The notes under the pieces: model-generated
The model's input: the letters and a program-made list of their open reading frames with translations, nothing else
Told to the model about the DNA's origin: nothing
Database searches by the model: none
In this document: positions 1 to 9,282 of the stretch, piece by piece
Layout of the letters: each line of letters begins with the position of its first letter
How positions within the stretch are numbered: position 1 is the stretch's first letter
Origin: Gemmatimonadota bacterium
GTDB taxonomy: Bacteria; Gemmatimonadota; Gemmatimonadetes; Gemmatimonadales; GWC2-71-9
Reading direction: 5' to 3'
Assembly: GCA_039591655.1 (NCBI GenBank)
Contig: JBDHDE010000039.1
Span: forward strand, 1-25,153
DNA: 25,153 nucleotides
Position numbers and translations under genes: made by a program

Positions 1-81
1 CTCGAACCGTCCGCCGAAGTACCGGTCGGCCTCAGCCAAGACCTCGTCCGGGGACAGCGACGTACGATGGAAGTAGCGCAT
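1..81 (-). CDS. Hypothetical protein, N-terminal part only (MRYFHRTSLSPDEVLAEADRYFGGRFE...), runs off the window edge
   Basis: Read by hand: ATG at 81 lies 6 nt after the copA stop, AGGA (SD-like) overlaps that stop, and the frame is open to position 1. Too short for the ORF track. Confidence 0.65.
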   Translation of the reverse strand, partial: MRYFHRTSLSPDEVLAEADRYFGGRFE

Positions 82-87
82 GATGTC

Positions 88-2637
88 CTAGCCCATCGAC
101 GGTGTGAACCGCCGGAGTCGCAGGCTGTTGCCCACGACGCTCAGACTCGAGAGCGCCATGGCCGCGCTGGCAATCACCGGGCTCAGCAAGAGGCCCGTGA
201 AGGGATACAGGAGCCCTGCCGCCAGCGGTATCCCCAGCACGTTGTAGATGAATGCGAAGAACAGATTGGATCGGATCGTGCGCATCGTCTTGCGCGATAG
301 CTCCATGGCGGCCACGACACCGCCGAGATCGCCCCGGATTAGGGTGATGTCCGACGCCTCAACGGCCACGTCGGTGCCCGTGCCGACCGCGAACCCGGTG
401 TTTGCCTGCGCTAGGGCGGGCGCATCGTTGAGGCCGTCACCCACCATGCCCACGATGTCGCCGTGCTCCTGGAGACGTCTGATCTCATCAGCCTTGTCGC
501 GCGGGTCCACCTCGGCGATCACGCGGTCGATTCCGAGCTCCTTGGCCACCAGGCCCGCCGCCGCCTTGCTGTCTCCGCTGAGCAGATAGAGCGTGAGGCC
601 CATGTCCTTAGTTCGCTTGATCGCCTCCGCCGCACCGGCCTTGATCTCGTCCGAGATGACCAACAGCCCCTGAGCCGTGTCGTTCACCACCACGACGACG
701 GGAGAGCGGCCGGCGAGGATGTGCCGCCGCGCGTCCTTCGCCAGCGACCCGAGAGAGAGGCTGCGCTCCTCGGCGTGTCGCACGCTCACGACTTCGACCA
801 GGAACTTCCCCACGATGCCGCGCGCCCCGCGCCCCTCCATGGCCACGAAGCGCTCCACCGGGGGGATCTCCACGTTCTTGCCCTTGGCAGCCGCTACTAT
901 GGCCTGCGCCAAGGGATGCTCGGAGCGGGCCTCTACGGCCGCCGCGATCTTGAGAACCTCCCCAGGGCTCACCGTCGTCCCGTCCGTGCGCTTGGCACCC
1001 AGCACGTGGGTGACAGTTGGCCGCCCCACGGTGATGGTGCCCGTCTTGTCGAACACCATCGTGTCGATGTCCTGTACGCCCTCCAGCGCCTCGCCGCCGC
1101 GGATCAGCACCCCGAGCTCGGCGCCCCGCCCAGTACCCACCATGATGGCCGTCGGGGTGGCGAGGCCAAGGGCGCAGGGACACGCAATCAGCAGCACGGA
1201 TACCAGCGCCACGGTGCTGAAGATGAAGTGGGGTTCGGGGCCCACCACCCACCAAATCACGAACGACGCGATCGCTATCGCGATGACGATCGGCACGAAT
1301 ACGCCTGCCACCTTGTCCGCGAGGCGCTGCGCGGGTGCCTTGCTGCCCTGCGCCTCCTCGACGAGTCGCACGATCTGGGCGAGAGCCGTATCGGTGCCCA
1401 CCGCGGTGGCCTCGAAGGTGAACGAGCCGGTGGTGTTCACCGTACCACCAAATACCTCATCGCCTGGTGACTTTCCAACCGGTATGGGCTCCCCTGTGAG
1501 CATCGCCTCGTGCACGCTCGACTCCCCCTCGACCACCACCCCGTCCACCGGAAGGGTCTCGCCGGGACGCACCATGACCTTGTCGCCGACCCGCACCTCC
1601 TCGACCGGGATTTCGAGATCCTCGATGCCGCGCTGCACCCGCGCCGTCTTGGGACGCAGCCCCAGAAGACGGCGCACCGCCTCCGAGGTTCGGCCTTTCG
1701 CCTGCGCCTCGAGCAGGCGACCGAGGAGGATCAAGGCGATGATCGCGTTGACGCCTTCGTAGTAGACGTCGGCCATCAAGCCCGCCGTGGTGAATACCCC
1801 GGGGAACAGCGTCGCCACGAGGGAATAGAGAAACGCCGCACCGGTGCCGACGGCAATCAGCGTGTTCATATCGGCACTACGGTGCTTGAGGCCCTTCCAC
1901 GCCCCCTCATAGAACTGCCAGCCCGCCCAGAATACCACGGGGAGCGTGACGAAGAACAGCACGAACTTCAGGAACTGGGGGCTGCTCTCGGCAAAGGAGT
2001 AGAGGCTGGGGAGCATGCCTCGCAGCGCGCCGCTGATGGGTTGCATCAGGCGCGAGAACAGGTCGTGCTCCTTCACCGCCATGCCGGCCATGAGGGGCAT
2101 CGACCCGACCATGGTCACCGCGGTGGCGACGGCAGCCACGGCGAACTTGCGGAGCAGCACCCGGGCCTCGCGCTGCCGCTGCAGGCGCTCCCGCTCGACG
2201 GGGTCCTCCTCCGCCACGGGTGCGGCCACCGTGAAGCCAATCTCCTCCACGACGCCCTCCAGGTCGCGTGCCTTCACGAGACCCGGCACGTACTCCACGC
2301 GTACCTGTTCGGTCCCCTGGCTCGCCGAGACGCTGAGCACTCCGGGGAGCTTCGCCAGCTCTTCCTCGATACGGGTGACACCGGACGCGTAATGCAGGCC
2401 CTCGATGCCGAACGACACCGTGGCCTTCCCGCAGTCGTAGCCCACGTCGCGGATCGCGCTCACCAGATCCGCCACCTTGATCTGGGAGTCGTCGATGGTG
2501 ACCGTGGCCTTACCGGTGGCGTAGTTGACTGCGGCGTCCTTCACGCCGTTGGACTGGGTGAGCCGCTTCTGCACGGTGACGGCGCACGCACCGCACGTCA
2601 TCCCCTCGACCGGGAGGGTGATGCGCGCGCTAGCCAT
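88..2637 (-). CDS. copA: Cu(I)-translocating P1B-1 type ATPase
   Basis: N-terminal HMA GMTCGAC, TGE, intramembrane CPC ([12 protein letters not shown]), [21 protein letters not shown] and MALSS motifs. Start set at ATG 2637 (MASARITL), 8-nt overlap with the upstream gene. Confidence 0.95.
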   Translation of the reverse strand: MASARITLPVEGMTCGACAVTVQKRLTQSNGVKDAAVNYATGKATVTIDDSQIKVADLVSAIRDVGYDCGKATVSFGIEGLHYASGVTRIEEELAKLPGVLSVSASQGTEQVRVEYVPGLVKARDLEGVVEEIGFTVAAPVAEEDPVERERLQRQREARVLLRKFAVAAVATAVTMVGSMPLMAGMAVKEHDLFSRLMQPISGALRGMLPSLYSFAESSPQFLKFVLFFVTLPVVFWAGWQFYEGAWKGLKHRSADMNTLIAVGTGAAFLYSLVATLFPGVFTTAGLMADVYYEGVNAIIALILLGRLLEAQAKGRTSEAVRRLLGLRPKTARVQRGIEDLEIPVEEVRVGDKVMVRPGETLPVDGVVVEGESSVHEAMLTGEPIPVGKSPGDEVFGGTVNTTGSFTFEATAVGTDTALAQIVRLVEEAQGSKAPAQRLADKVAGVFVPIVIAIAIASFVIWWVVGPEPHFIFSTVALVSVLLIACPCALGLATPTAIMVGTGRGAELGVLIRGGEALEGVQDIDTMVFDKTGTITVGRPTVTHVLGAKRTDGTTVSPGEVLKIAAAVEARSEHPLAQAIVAAAKGKNVEIPPVERFVAMEGRGARGIVGKFLVEVVSVRHAEERSLSLGSLAKDARRHILAGRSPVVVVVNDTAQGLLVISDEIKAGAAEAIKRTKDMGLTLYLLSGDSKAAAGLVAKELGIDRVIAEVDPRDKADEIRRLQEHGDIVGMVGDGLNDAPALAQANTGFAVGTGTDVAVEASDITLIRGDLGGVVAAMELSRKTMRTIRSNLFFAFIYNVLGIPLAAGLLYPFTGLLLSPVIASAAMALSSLSVVGNSLRLRRFTPSMG

Positions 2638-3061
2638 GCTTGGCGTGTCCCTTGCCGAGGTTAGCGCGGGCGCTGTCCCGGCCGATCTGAGCCACGACAA
2701 CGCCCTTCAACACGCCCTTACCGCAGCGGAAGTGGTAGTCTCCGGGATCCGTGGGTGTGAACTGGATCGGGGTGGTCGTGAACGCGGGTAGCTCCTGGTC
2801 TATCCCGAGCTCCTTGAAGATCACCCGCTCGGAACACTCGGCCGTCTCGTCCCGATAGAAATACAGGCGCACGGGACGGCCGGCCTCCACGGAGATCGTG
2901 GCGGGCTCATAACCGCCCCTGACACGGATCCGCACTTCCTGCACGCCGCTCTTGGGGGGCGCGGTCCGCGCCTCTCCCTCGCGTTCCGCCAGGAAGAACC
3001 AGAGCTCCGCCGCGATCAGTGCGACGCCGAGAGCGATAACGACGAAATCTGCGGGGCTCAC
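2630..3061 (-). CDS. Membrane-anchored cupredoxin-domain protein (CupA-like copper chaperone)
   Basis: N-terminal TM helix, then a cupredoxin-like domain ([21 protein letters not shown]...LP, FTP..PG.Y.F.CG). Directly upstream of copA; GTG start overlaps the ino1 stop (GTGA). Confidence 0.85.
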   Translation of the reverse strand: MSPADFVVIALGVALIAAELWFFLAEREGEARTAPPKSGVQEVRIRVRGGYEPATISVEAGRPVRLYFYRDETAECSERVIFKELGIDQELPAFTTTPIQFTPTDPGDYHFRCGKGVLKGVVVAQIGRDSARANLGKGHAKHG

Positions 3062-4389
3062 ACCTTCTCGTATTCGTAGTACTCCACCCCGAGATGGGTG
3101 ATCTGCTCCTCACCCATCAGCCACCGCAGGGTGTTCTTGAGCTTCGTCTGCTGAATGAAGAGATCGTGCTCGGGGCTGAGCCCCGGCGCGGCCATCGGAC
3201 TCTTGAAGTAGAACGACATCCACTCCTGAATGCCGACCAACCCCGCACGCTGGGCGAGGTCCAGGAACAGCGCGAGGTCCAGCACGATGGGCGCGGCGAG
3301 AATCGAGTCCCGGCACAGGAAATCGATCTTGATCTGCATCGGGTATCCGAGCCACCCGAAGATGTCGATGTTGTCCCATCCCTCCTTGTTATCTCCCCGG
3401 GGCGGGTAGTAGTTGATCCGCACCTTGTGGTAGATGTTGCCGTAGAGATCGGGGTACATGGAGGGCTGGAGGATGTGCTCCAGCACGCCGAGCTTGGATT
3501 CCTCCTTGGTCTTGAACGACTCGGGGTCGTCCAGCACTTCGCCGTCGCGGTTTCCCAGGATGTTCGTGGAGTACCATCCGGCCAAACCCAGCATCCGTGC
3601 CTTCAGCATGGGCGAGAGGACGGTCTTCATCAGCGTCTGGCCGGTCTTGAAGTCCTTCCCACAGATCGCGACGCCCTTCTGCTCCGCCAGCTCCTGCAGC
3701 GCCGGAGTGTCCACCGTGAGGTTCGGCGCGCCGTTGGCGAAGGGCACACCCTCCATGAGGCAGGCCCACGCGTAGACCATCGAGGGGGTGATCGCCTCGT
3801 CGTTGGCGTCCATGGCCTGCTCGAACGCCGCGAGCGACGCGTGCTGCGGCCCCTGCCGCAAGAACACCTCGGTCGAGGCGCACCAGACCATCACGAGCCG
3901 GCTGCAGCCGCGCTGATCCTTGAAGCCCCTGATGTCCTCGCGCAACTGCTCGCCGAGGTCGCGCCAGTTCTTGCCCTTCTTCACGTTCGTGCCCTTGAGC
4001 CGCTTCACGTACCGCTGATCGAACACGGCCGTCATGGGCTTGATACCCTGCAGGAAGTCCTTGATCGGCTCGATGTGCGGTGCGTCGAGCACGCCGGCCA
4101 CTTTGCTGGACTCGTAGGCGTCGTCGGGGATGGGATCCCAGGCTCCGAAGACCATATCATCGAGGGAGGCGAGAGACACGAAGTCCTCTATGAGCGGCGA
4201 GCGACCTTCCGTCCGCTTGCCCAGCCGGATCGTGGCCATCTTGCCCAACGAGCCGATGGGCTTGGCCGTCCCGCGGCGGATGTTCTCCACACCCGCCACG
4301 AAGGTAGTCGCCACCGCTCCCAGCCCGACGAGGAGGACTCCGAGCTTCCCCTCGGCGGGCGGGATCTCCCTTCTGCTTGGCTCCGTCAC
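3058..4389 (-). CDS. ino1: myo-inositol-1(3)-phosphate synthase
   Basis: GLGAVATT NAD-binding start, NGAPN, GKDFKTGQT, NILGNRDG, GDNKEGWD and CRDSILAAP motifs. Confidence 0.95.
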   Translation of the reverse strand: MTEPSRREIPPAEGKLGVLLVGLGAVATTFVAGVENIRRGTAKPIGSLGKMATIRLGKRTEGRSPLIEDFVSLASLDDMVFGAWDPIPDDAYESSKVAGVLDAPHIEPIKDFLQGIKPMTAVFDQRYVKRLKGTNVKKGKNWRDLGEQLREDIRGFKDQRGCSRLVMVWCASTEVFLRQGPQHASLAAFEQAMDANDEAITPSMVYAWACLMEGVPFANGAPNLTVDTPALQELAEQKGVAICGKDFKTGQTLMKTVLSPMLKARMLGLAGWYSTNILGNRDGEVLDDPESFKTKEESKLGVLEHILQPSMYPDLYGNIYHKVRINYYPPRGDNKEGWDNIDIFGWLGYPMQIKIDFLCRDSILAAPIVLDLALFLDLAQRAGLVGIQEWMSFYFKSPMAAPGLSPEHDLFIQQTKLKNTLRWLMGEEQITHLGVEYYEYEKV

Positions 4390-5084
4390 TTATGCGTCCT
4401 TTCCTTGGCCGATATGTCCGCCAGCGGGGGAGCGACCCAACGTGCCTTCGTCGATCGCCGGCGCACCCGCGTCAGCTTCCAGACGTGAACGATCCGCTGC
4501 GCCACCGTGATCAGCGCCGCCAGCGCGAGGATCGCCACGATGACGAGGAGCAGGAAGCCGTTGGGCCCCGCCCCAAACACCATGGTCGGAAACCCCAACC
4601 CTATGATCCGCTCGGCCCGCTGCGCGATGCCGACCTTGCACTCGAGGCCCAGGCCCTCGGCTCGGGCTCGCGCGTACGACACGATGAGGCCCGCGCCCAG
4701 TGCAGTCAGGCCCGTGACCATCGCCGGGATGCGCCACGCCTCCGGCACCCCGCCGGCGACGAAGAAGATGGTAATGCCGCTGAAGAGGGCTGCTTCGCCG
4801 ATCCGGTCCAGCGTCGAGTCGTAGAACGCGCCGAACTTCGTCGTTCCGCCACTCTCGCGCGCCACCCGCCCGTCGAGCATGTCGAGCACACCGCTCAACA
4901 GCAGGAGGAATCCGCCGAGGCGCACCGCACCAAACCCGAAAGCCACCGCGGAGCCGATGAGAATGAGAGTCCCCACCGTCGTGATGACGTTCGGCGACGC
5001 CCCCGCGGCAACCAACCGGTTGACGATGGGGGCGAGTGCGGCCTCGGTGGCCCGCCGGAGGAAACCCGGTATCAGAGACGCCAT
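4386..5084 (-). CDS. CDP-alcohol phosphatidyltransferase, probably phosphatidylinositol-phosphate synthase (PIPS/AIPS type)
   Basis: Family signature DxxDGxxAR...GxxxDxxxD (DMLDGRVAR...GAFYDSTLDR), SPNVIT, and VSYARARAEGLG/RAER as in PIP/AIP synthases. Stop overlaps the ino1 start (GTGA). Confidence 0.9.
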   Translation of the reverse strand: MASLIPGFLRRATEAALAPIVNRLVAAGASPNVITTVGTLILIGSAVAFGFGAVRLGGFLLLLSGVLDMLDGRVARESGGTTKFGAFYDSTLDRIGEAALFSGITIFFVAGGVPEAWRIPAMVTGLTALGAGLIVSYARARAEGLGLECKVGIAQRAERIIGLGFPTMVFGAGPNGFLLLVIVAILALAALITVAQRIVHVWKLTRVRRRSTKARWVAPPLADISAKERTHK

Positions 5085-5109
5085 TGCTGTCCGGTTTGAT
5101 CGAGGGGTA

Positions 5110-5115
5110 AGAATA
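5110..5115 (-). promoter_or_regulatory. Candidate -10 element (TATTCT) for the phosphatidyltransferase-ino1-cupredoxin-copA operon
   Basis: TANNNT hexamer in an AT-rich patch 25 nt upstream of the ATG at 5084; no clear -35. Confidence 0.35.
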
Positions 5116-5141
5116 ACGGGCGGGTGGGCTTACGGCCAGTG

Positions 5142-5182
5142 GGCCTGACCGGGGGGCGACCCCTCTGCGGGGCTCCCAGGCC
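5142..5182. terminator. Imperfect GC-rich hairpin downstream of namZ
   Basis: GGCCTG(5142-5147)...CAGGCC(5177-5182) with inner G/C runs that could pair; no U-tract. Confidence 0.3.
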
Positions 5183-5190
5183 GCCTCCGC

Positions 5191-6402
5191 TCACTCGTAG
5201 ATCAGGTAGCGCTCCCGCACCTGCAGGAACCCGGCGAGCGGCTCCCGCCAGCCCGTCACGATTTCCTCCCACGAAGCGCCCCGCTCGACCTCCTCCCACA
5301 GAGCATCCGATCCGGCCAGCTGTGCCAGACGAGCCGCCCGGACTGTGAGGGAGTCACCCTGGAGCTCGCCGATGGCAACCAGCAGAGCCACCGCCGTCTC
5401 CACCGGATCGTACCTCTCGCGATCAGTCACCCGCAGGCGCACCGCACTCACGTCCCGGCCGTCGTACTTGTCGTCGGGCGGGGCTTCGGGCCGGACCACG
5501 GTATCGCCTAGCAGCACACCCGGGCGGGGAGCGACGGCACGGACCACGGCCTCGGCGTCGAGCCAGGGCGCCCCGATCACCTGGAACGCTACGGGGGTCC
5601 CCCGGCCCACCGAGAGGTTCGTGGCCTCGAACAGCACCAGTCCCGGATAGTGGGTGGCGCTCTCCAGGTCGGGCATCGAGGGCGAGGGTCGCACCCACGG
5701 GAGCCCCGTCCGGTCGTACCACTGGTCCCGCGTCCACCCGGCGGCGGGGACCACAGTGAGATCGGCGCCGGTCCCCAGGTGCTCGTTGCCGAACCGGGCG
5801 AGCTCACCCAGCGTCATCCCGTGGCGCAGGGCCACGGGCAGCATCCCCACGAAAGAGGAAAACGCGGTGTCCAGCACCGGCCCCTGGACGTGGACGCCGC
5901 CGATGGGGTTGGGACGGTCCAGCACGACGACATGCACGTCGTGTACAGCCGCCGACTCCATCGTCCGCAGGGCCGTGGAAATGAAGGTGTACGGCCGCGC
6001 CCCGATGTCGTGGAGGTCCACCAGAACGACCTCCACTTCCCGCAGCATCTCCGCCGTCGGGGCCTGCACGTTGCCGTAGAGCGAGAAGATGGCAGTCCCG
6101 GTGGCCGGGTCGATGCCGTGCGCGATGAGCTCCTCGTCGAGCACACCCCGGTACCCGTGCTCCGGAGCGAAAATCGCTGTAACTTCGACACCGGCGTCGA
6201 GCAGCCGCTCCAGGTCGCTGACTCCGTTCCGGTCCCGGCCCGTCTGGTTCGTCAGCAGTCCGACGCGGCGCCCGGTGATGAGATGAGTCGAGTCCTCGAG
6301 CAGCACCTCGATACCCGGACGGACGGCCTGATCGGCCGGAGCCGCCGGCGTGCAGCCCGCGAGCAGGAGCGCCAACCACCGCACCCCAAAACTATGCGTC
6401 AT
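5191..6402 (-). CDS. namZ: Exo-beta-N-acetylmuramidase NamZ (DUF1343) family lipoprotein
   Basis: VGLLTNQTG, FAPEHG, D.HDIG.R.YTF, LDRPNP, RHGMTLGE, PSP.MP and SVGRGT motifs; lipobox LLAG-C. Alternative GTG start at 6384. Confidence 0.9.
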   Translation of the reverse strand: MTHSFGVRWLALLLAGCTPAAPADQAVRPGIEVLLEDSTHLITGRRVGLLTNQTGRDRNGVSDLERLLDAGVEVTAIFAPEHGYRGVLDEELIAHGIDPATGTAIFSLYGNVQAPTAEMLREVEVVLVDLHDIGARPYTFISTALRTMESAAVHDVHVVVLDRPNPIGGVHVQGPVLDTAFSSFVGMLPVALRHGMTLGELARFGNEHLGTGADLTVVPAAGWTRDQWYDRTGLPWVRPSPSMPDLESATHYPGLVLFEATNLSVGRGTPVAFQVIGAPWLDAEAVVRAVAPRPGVLLGDTVVRPEAPPDDKYDGRDVSAVRLRVTDRERYDPVETAVALLVAIGELQGDSLTVRAARLAQLAGSDALWEEVERGASWEEIVTGWREPLAGFLQVRERYLIYE

Positions 6403-9267
6403 CGCTCACTCACCTTCGCCAGTCTCTTTCTCGCACTCGCCTGCAGCCGCGCGACCGCTCCGACCGAGCAGCCGCCCATGGTGCCCGATCCCTACGCGGC
6501 CCTGCCACCGGCGGATGTCATCGGCGCGTCGCCAAAGATAAGCGTCGACTCCCTCATGGGAACGCTCACCGTGCGGGAGAAGGTGGGCCAGCTCGTCATG
6601 CCCTGGCTGCTGGGCAACTATGCCGCGTTCGAGAGCGACGAGTACGACACCCTCGCCGAGTGGGTCGATTCGCTCGGGGTCGGGGGCATCATCATCTCCA
6701 TCGGACCTCCCCTGGAGATCGCCACCAAGCTCAACGCCCTGCAACGCCGGTCTCGACTCCCCCTGTTGATCGCCGCCGACCTGGAGTGGGGCAGCGGGAT
6801 GCGCCTGGTGGGGGGCACCACGTTCCCCCACGCGATGGCCTTCGGCGCCACCGGCCACACCGAGGACGCCTACGATCTCGGCCGTGTCACCGCCTTGGAA
6901 GCCCGCGCCGTGGGCATTCACCTCACGTTCTCTCCCGTGGCGGACGTGAACAACAATCCGGAGAACCCCATCATCAACACACGGTCCTTCGGGGAGGATC
7001 CGGAGCAGATTGCCGCGCTCGTAACGGCCTACATTCGCGGCGCCCGGAAGCACGGCCTGTACACCACGGCGAAGCACTTCCCGGGGCACGGCGACACCGA
7101 CATCGACTCCCACATTCAGCTGCCGGTGGTGAGGGCCTGTTGGGACCGGCTCGATACGCTGGAACTCGTGCCGTTCCGCGCCGCGATTCGGAGCGGCGTC
7201 ACGGCGGTCATGACCGCCCACGTGGCGCTGCCGTGCATTACGACCGATGGGGACACGCCGGCTACGCTCTCACCGTCCATAATCTCCGGAATGCTGCGGG
7301 ATTCCCTGGGATTCGAGGGACTCGCCGTCACCGATGCCCTCGCGATGGGGGCCATCGTAGAGCGGTACGGCGTCGGCGAGAGCGCCGTGCAGGCGCTCCT
7401 GGCGGGCAGCGACATGATTCTGATGCCCGCCGACATCCGGCAGGCCATCAATGCCCTGGCGGCGGCCGCGGAGTCGGGCCGCATCTCGCTAGAGCGGCTC
7501 GATCGCTCGGTGCGGCGGGTGTTGACCCTCAAGCGCAACGCCGGGTTGTTCCGCCGCCGCACCGTGAACCTGGACAGCGTGCCTACGGTGGTCGGCCACA
7601 GACGTCACCAGGAGCTCGCGGACGGCGTGGCCGCACGGGCCCTGACCCTGGTGCAGCGGGGGATGCTGGACACGCTACGGGCGCGCCGCGGTCGCGTGGC
7701 GTTGATCACCTACGCGGAGGAGAGCAACCTCTCGGTGGGCAACCAGCTGATCCGCCAGCTCCGCCTGCTCGGTGACACGGTCAACCCGTTCCGTCTCTTC
7801 CCCGCCTCGGGCCCCCTCTCATATGACTCGGCACGGGCGGTGATCGCCGACAACCCTCGGGTCGTCTTTGCGACCAGCGTCCGGTTCATCGCCTCGCGGG
7901 GACACGTTTCCCTGCCCGATTCCCTGGCGCAGCTCGTGCTCGCCACCGATTCCGCCAAGCCCACGGTGGTCGCCTCGCTGGGGAGCCCCTATCTCCTGAG
8001 GCAGCTCCCTGGGTACTCCGGGACCTACCTCGTGGCGTGGAGCGACACGCGGGTGACTGAGCGCGCCGTGGCACGCGCGCTGTCCGGCGGCGCCCCGGTA
8101 GGAGGCCGCCTGCCCATTACGCTCTCGGAGCGGTACCCCATCGGCTTCGGGATCGACGTGCCGGGCAAGGCGCACCTCGACATGGACGGCCTGCGGCGAG
8201 TCACCCGGTTCCTGGAGTGGAGGGTCGCCGACGGCGCGTTCCCCGGCGGCGTGCTGCTGGTGGGGCACCGGGGGTCCGTGCGCTACGTCAGCCCCGTGGG
8301 CCATTACGGCGCAGACGACCCCCGCCCGGTGAGCGACTCCACGATCTACGATCTGGCCAGTCTCACCAAGGTCATCGGGCTCACCACGGCGTGCATGCTG
8401 CTCGTGGGCGAAGGAAAGCTCGATCTGGATCGCCCCGTGGTGGACTACGTGCCTGCGTTCGAGGGGCCCGGTCGGTCCCGGGTGTTGGTGCGCCACCTGC
8501 TCACCCACACGTCGGGCCTGCCGGCGTGGGTGCCGCTTCACCTAGCCACGGCCTCGCGGGAGGAGGCCCTCGCGCGGGTGCTGAGTGAGCCCCTCGAGTC
8601 CGAGCCCGGGGAGCGCTATGTCTACTCCGACCTGGGCGCCATCACGCTGACGCAGGTGGTGGAGGCCGTGACAGGGGAACCGCTGGACCTCTTCCTCGAG
8701 CGCCGCGTCTTTGCCCCGCTCGAGATGCGCTACACACGGTTCCGGCCACCGGCCGAGTGGCGCGATCGGATCGCCCCGACGGAGCGTGATCCCTGGCGCG
8801 GCCGGGTGCTGCGGGGCGAGGTGCACGACGAGAACGCGGCGCACCTCGGCGGGGTCTCGGGACACGCCGGCCTCTTCTCCATCGCACCCGACCTCGCCCG
8901 GTTCGGGATCTGGCTGCTGGACGCCTACCACGGGCGGCTTGCCGAGGGCTCAGAGCCCTACCTCGCGCCGGCGCTGGTGCGCGATTTCACCCGGAAGCAG
9001 CCAGGTCCCGAGGGCTCCACCCGGGCCCTGGGATGGGACACGCCTTCGCCCGAGGGAGGCGGCTCGGCGGGGCACCTCCTCTCGCCAGCGAGCTTCGGTC
9101 ACACCGGGTTCACCGGCACGAGCATCTGGATCGACCCGGAGCGGGAGCTGCTCGTCATCCTCCTCACGAACCGGGTGCACCCCACACGGGAGAACCGGGC
9201 ACTGCCGAGGATTCGCGGTGAGGTGACGGATTCGGTGGTGAGCGCCCTGGTGGAGCCGGGCGAGTAG
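6394..9267 (+). CDS. nagZ: Lipoprotein fusion: GH3 beta-N-acetylglucosaminidase (NagZ) + beta-lactamase-fold serine hydrolase (AmiE-like)
   Basis: Signal/lipobox MRHRSLTFASLFLALA-C; NagZ signature KHFPGHGDTDIDSH and nucleophile VTDAL; C-terminal SxxK (ASLTK), LLTHTSG, YSD, GEVHDENA, HTGFTG. True start is ATG 6394, not 5650. Confidence 0.92.
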   Translation: MRHRSLTFASLFLALACSRATAPTEQPPMVPDPYAALPPADVIGASPKISVDSLMGTLTVREKVGQLVMPWLLGNYAAFESDEYDTLAEWVDSLGVGGIIISIGPPLEIATKLNALQRRSRLPLLIAADLEWGSGMRLVGGTTFPHAMAFGATGHTEDAYDLGRVTALEARAVGIHLTFSPVADVNNNPENPIINTRSFGEDPEQIAALVTAYIRGARKHGLYTTAKHFPGHGDTDIDSHIQLPVVRACWDRLDTLELVPFRAAIRSGVTAVMTAHVALPCITTDGDTPATLSPSIISGMLRDSLGFEGLAVTDALAMGAIVERYGVGESAVQALLAGSDMILMPADIRQAINALAAAAESGRISLERLDRSVRRVLTLKRNAGLFRRRTVNLDSVPTVVGHRRHQELADGVAARALTLVQRGMLDTLRARRGRVALITYAEESNLSVGNQLIRQLRLLGDTVNPFRLFPASGPLSYDSARAVIADNPRVVFATSVRFIASRGHVSLPDSLAQLVLATDSAKPTVVASLGSPYLLRQLPGYSGTYLVAWSDTRVTERAVARALSGGAPVGGRLPITLSERYPIGFGIDVPGKAHLDMDGLRRVTRFLEWRVADGAFPGGVLLVGHRGSVRYVSPVGHYGADDPRPVSDSTIYDLASLTKVIGLTTACMLLVGEGKLDLDRPVVDYVPAFEGPGRSRVLVRHLLTHTSGLPAWVPLHLATASREEALARVLSEPLESEPGERYVYSDLGAITLTQVVEAVTGEPLDLFLERRVFAPLEMRYTRFRPPAEWRDRIAPTERDPWRGRVLRGEVHDENAAHLGGVSGHAGLFSIAPDLARFGIWLLDAYHGRLAEGSEPYLAPALVRDFTRKQPGPEGSTRALGWDTPSPEGGGSAGHLLSPASFGHTGFTGTSIWIDPERELLVILLTNRVHPTRENRALPRIRGEVTDSVVSALVEPGE

Positions 9268-9282
9268 CTGCGGCCGGCTACT
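9263..9282. terminator. Short hairpin spanning both stop codons of the convergent nagZ and kinase genes
   Basis: AGTAGCTG-CGGC-CGGCTACT (8-bp stem, one G-U pair); no U-tract. Confidence 0.3.

Noticed and set aside
5650..6393. 248-aa N-terminal extension of the 1205-aa ORF
   Set aside because: It is antisense to namZ and precedes a clear lipoprotein signal at 6394; a GC-rich shadow frame.
8180..9267. Beta-lactam resistance gene
   Set aside because: The SxxK fold is fused to NagZ next to NamZ, so context favours a murein amidase or esterase.
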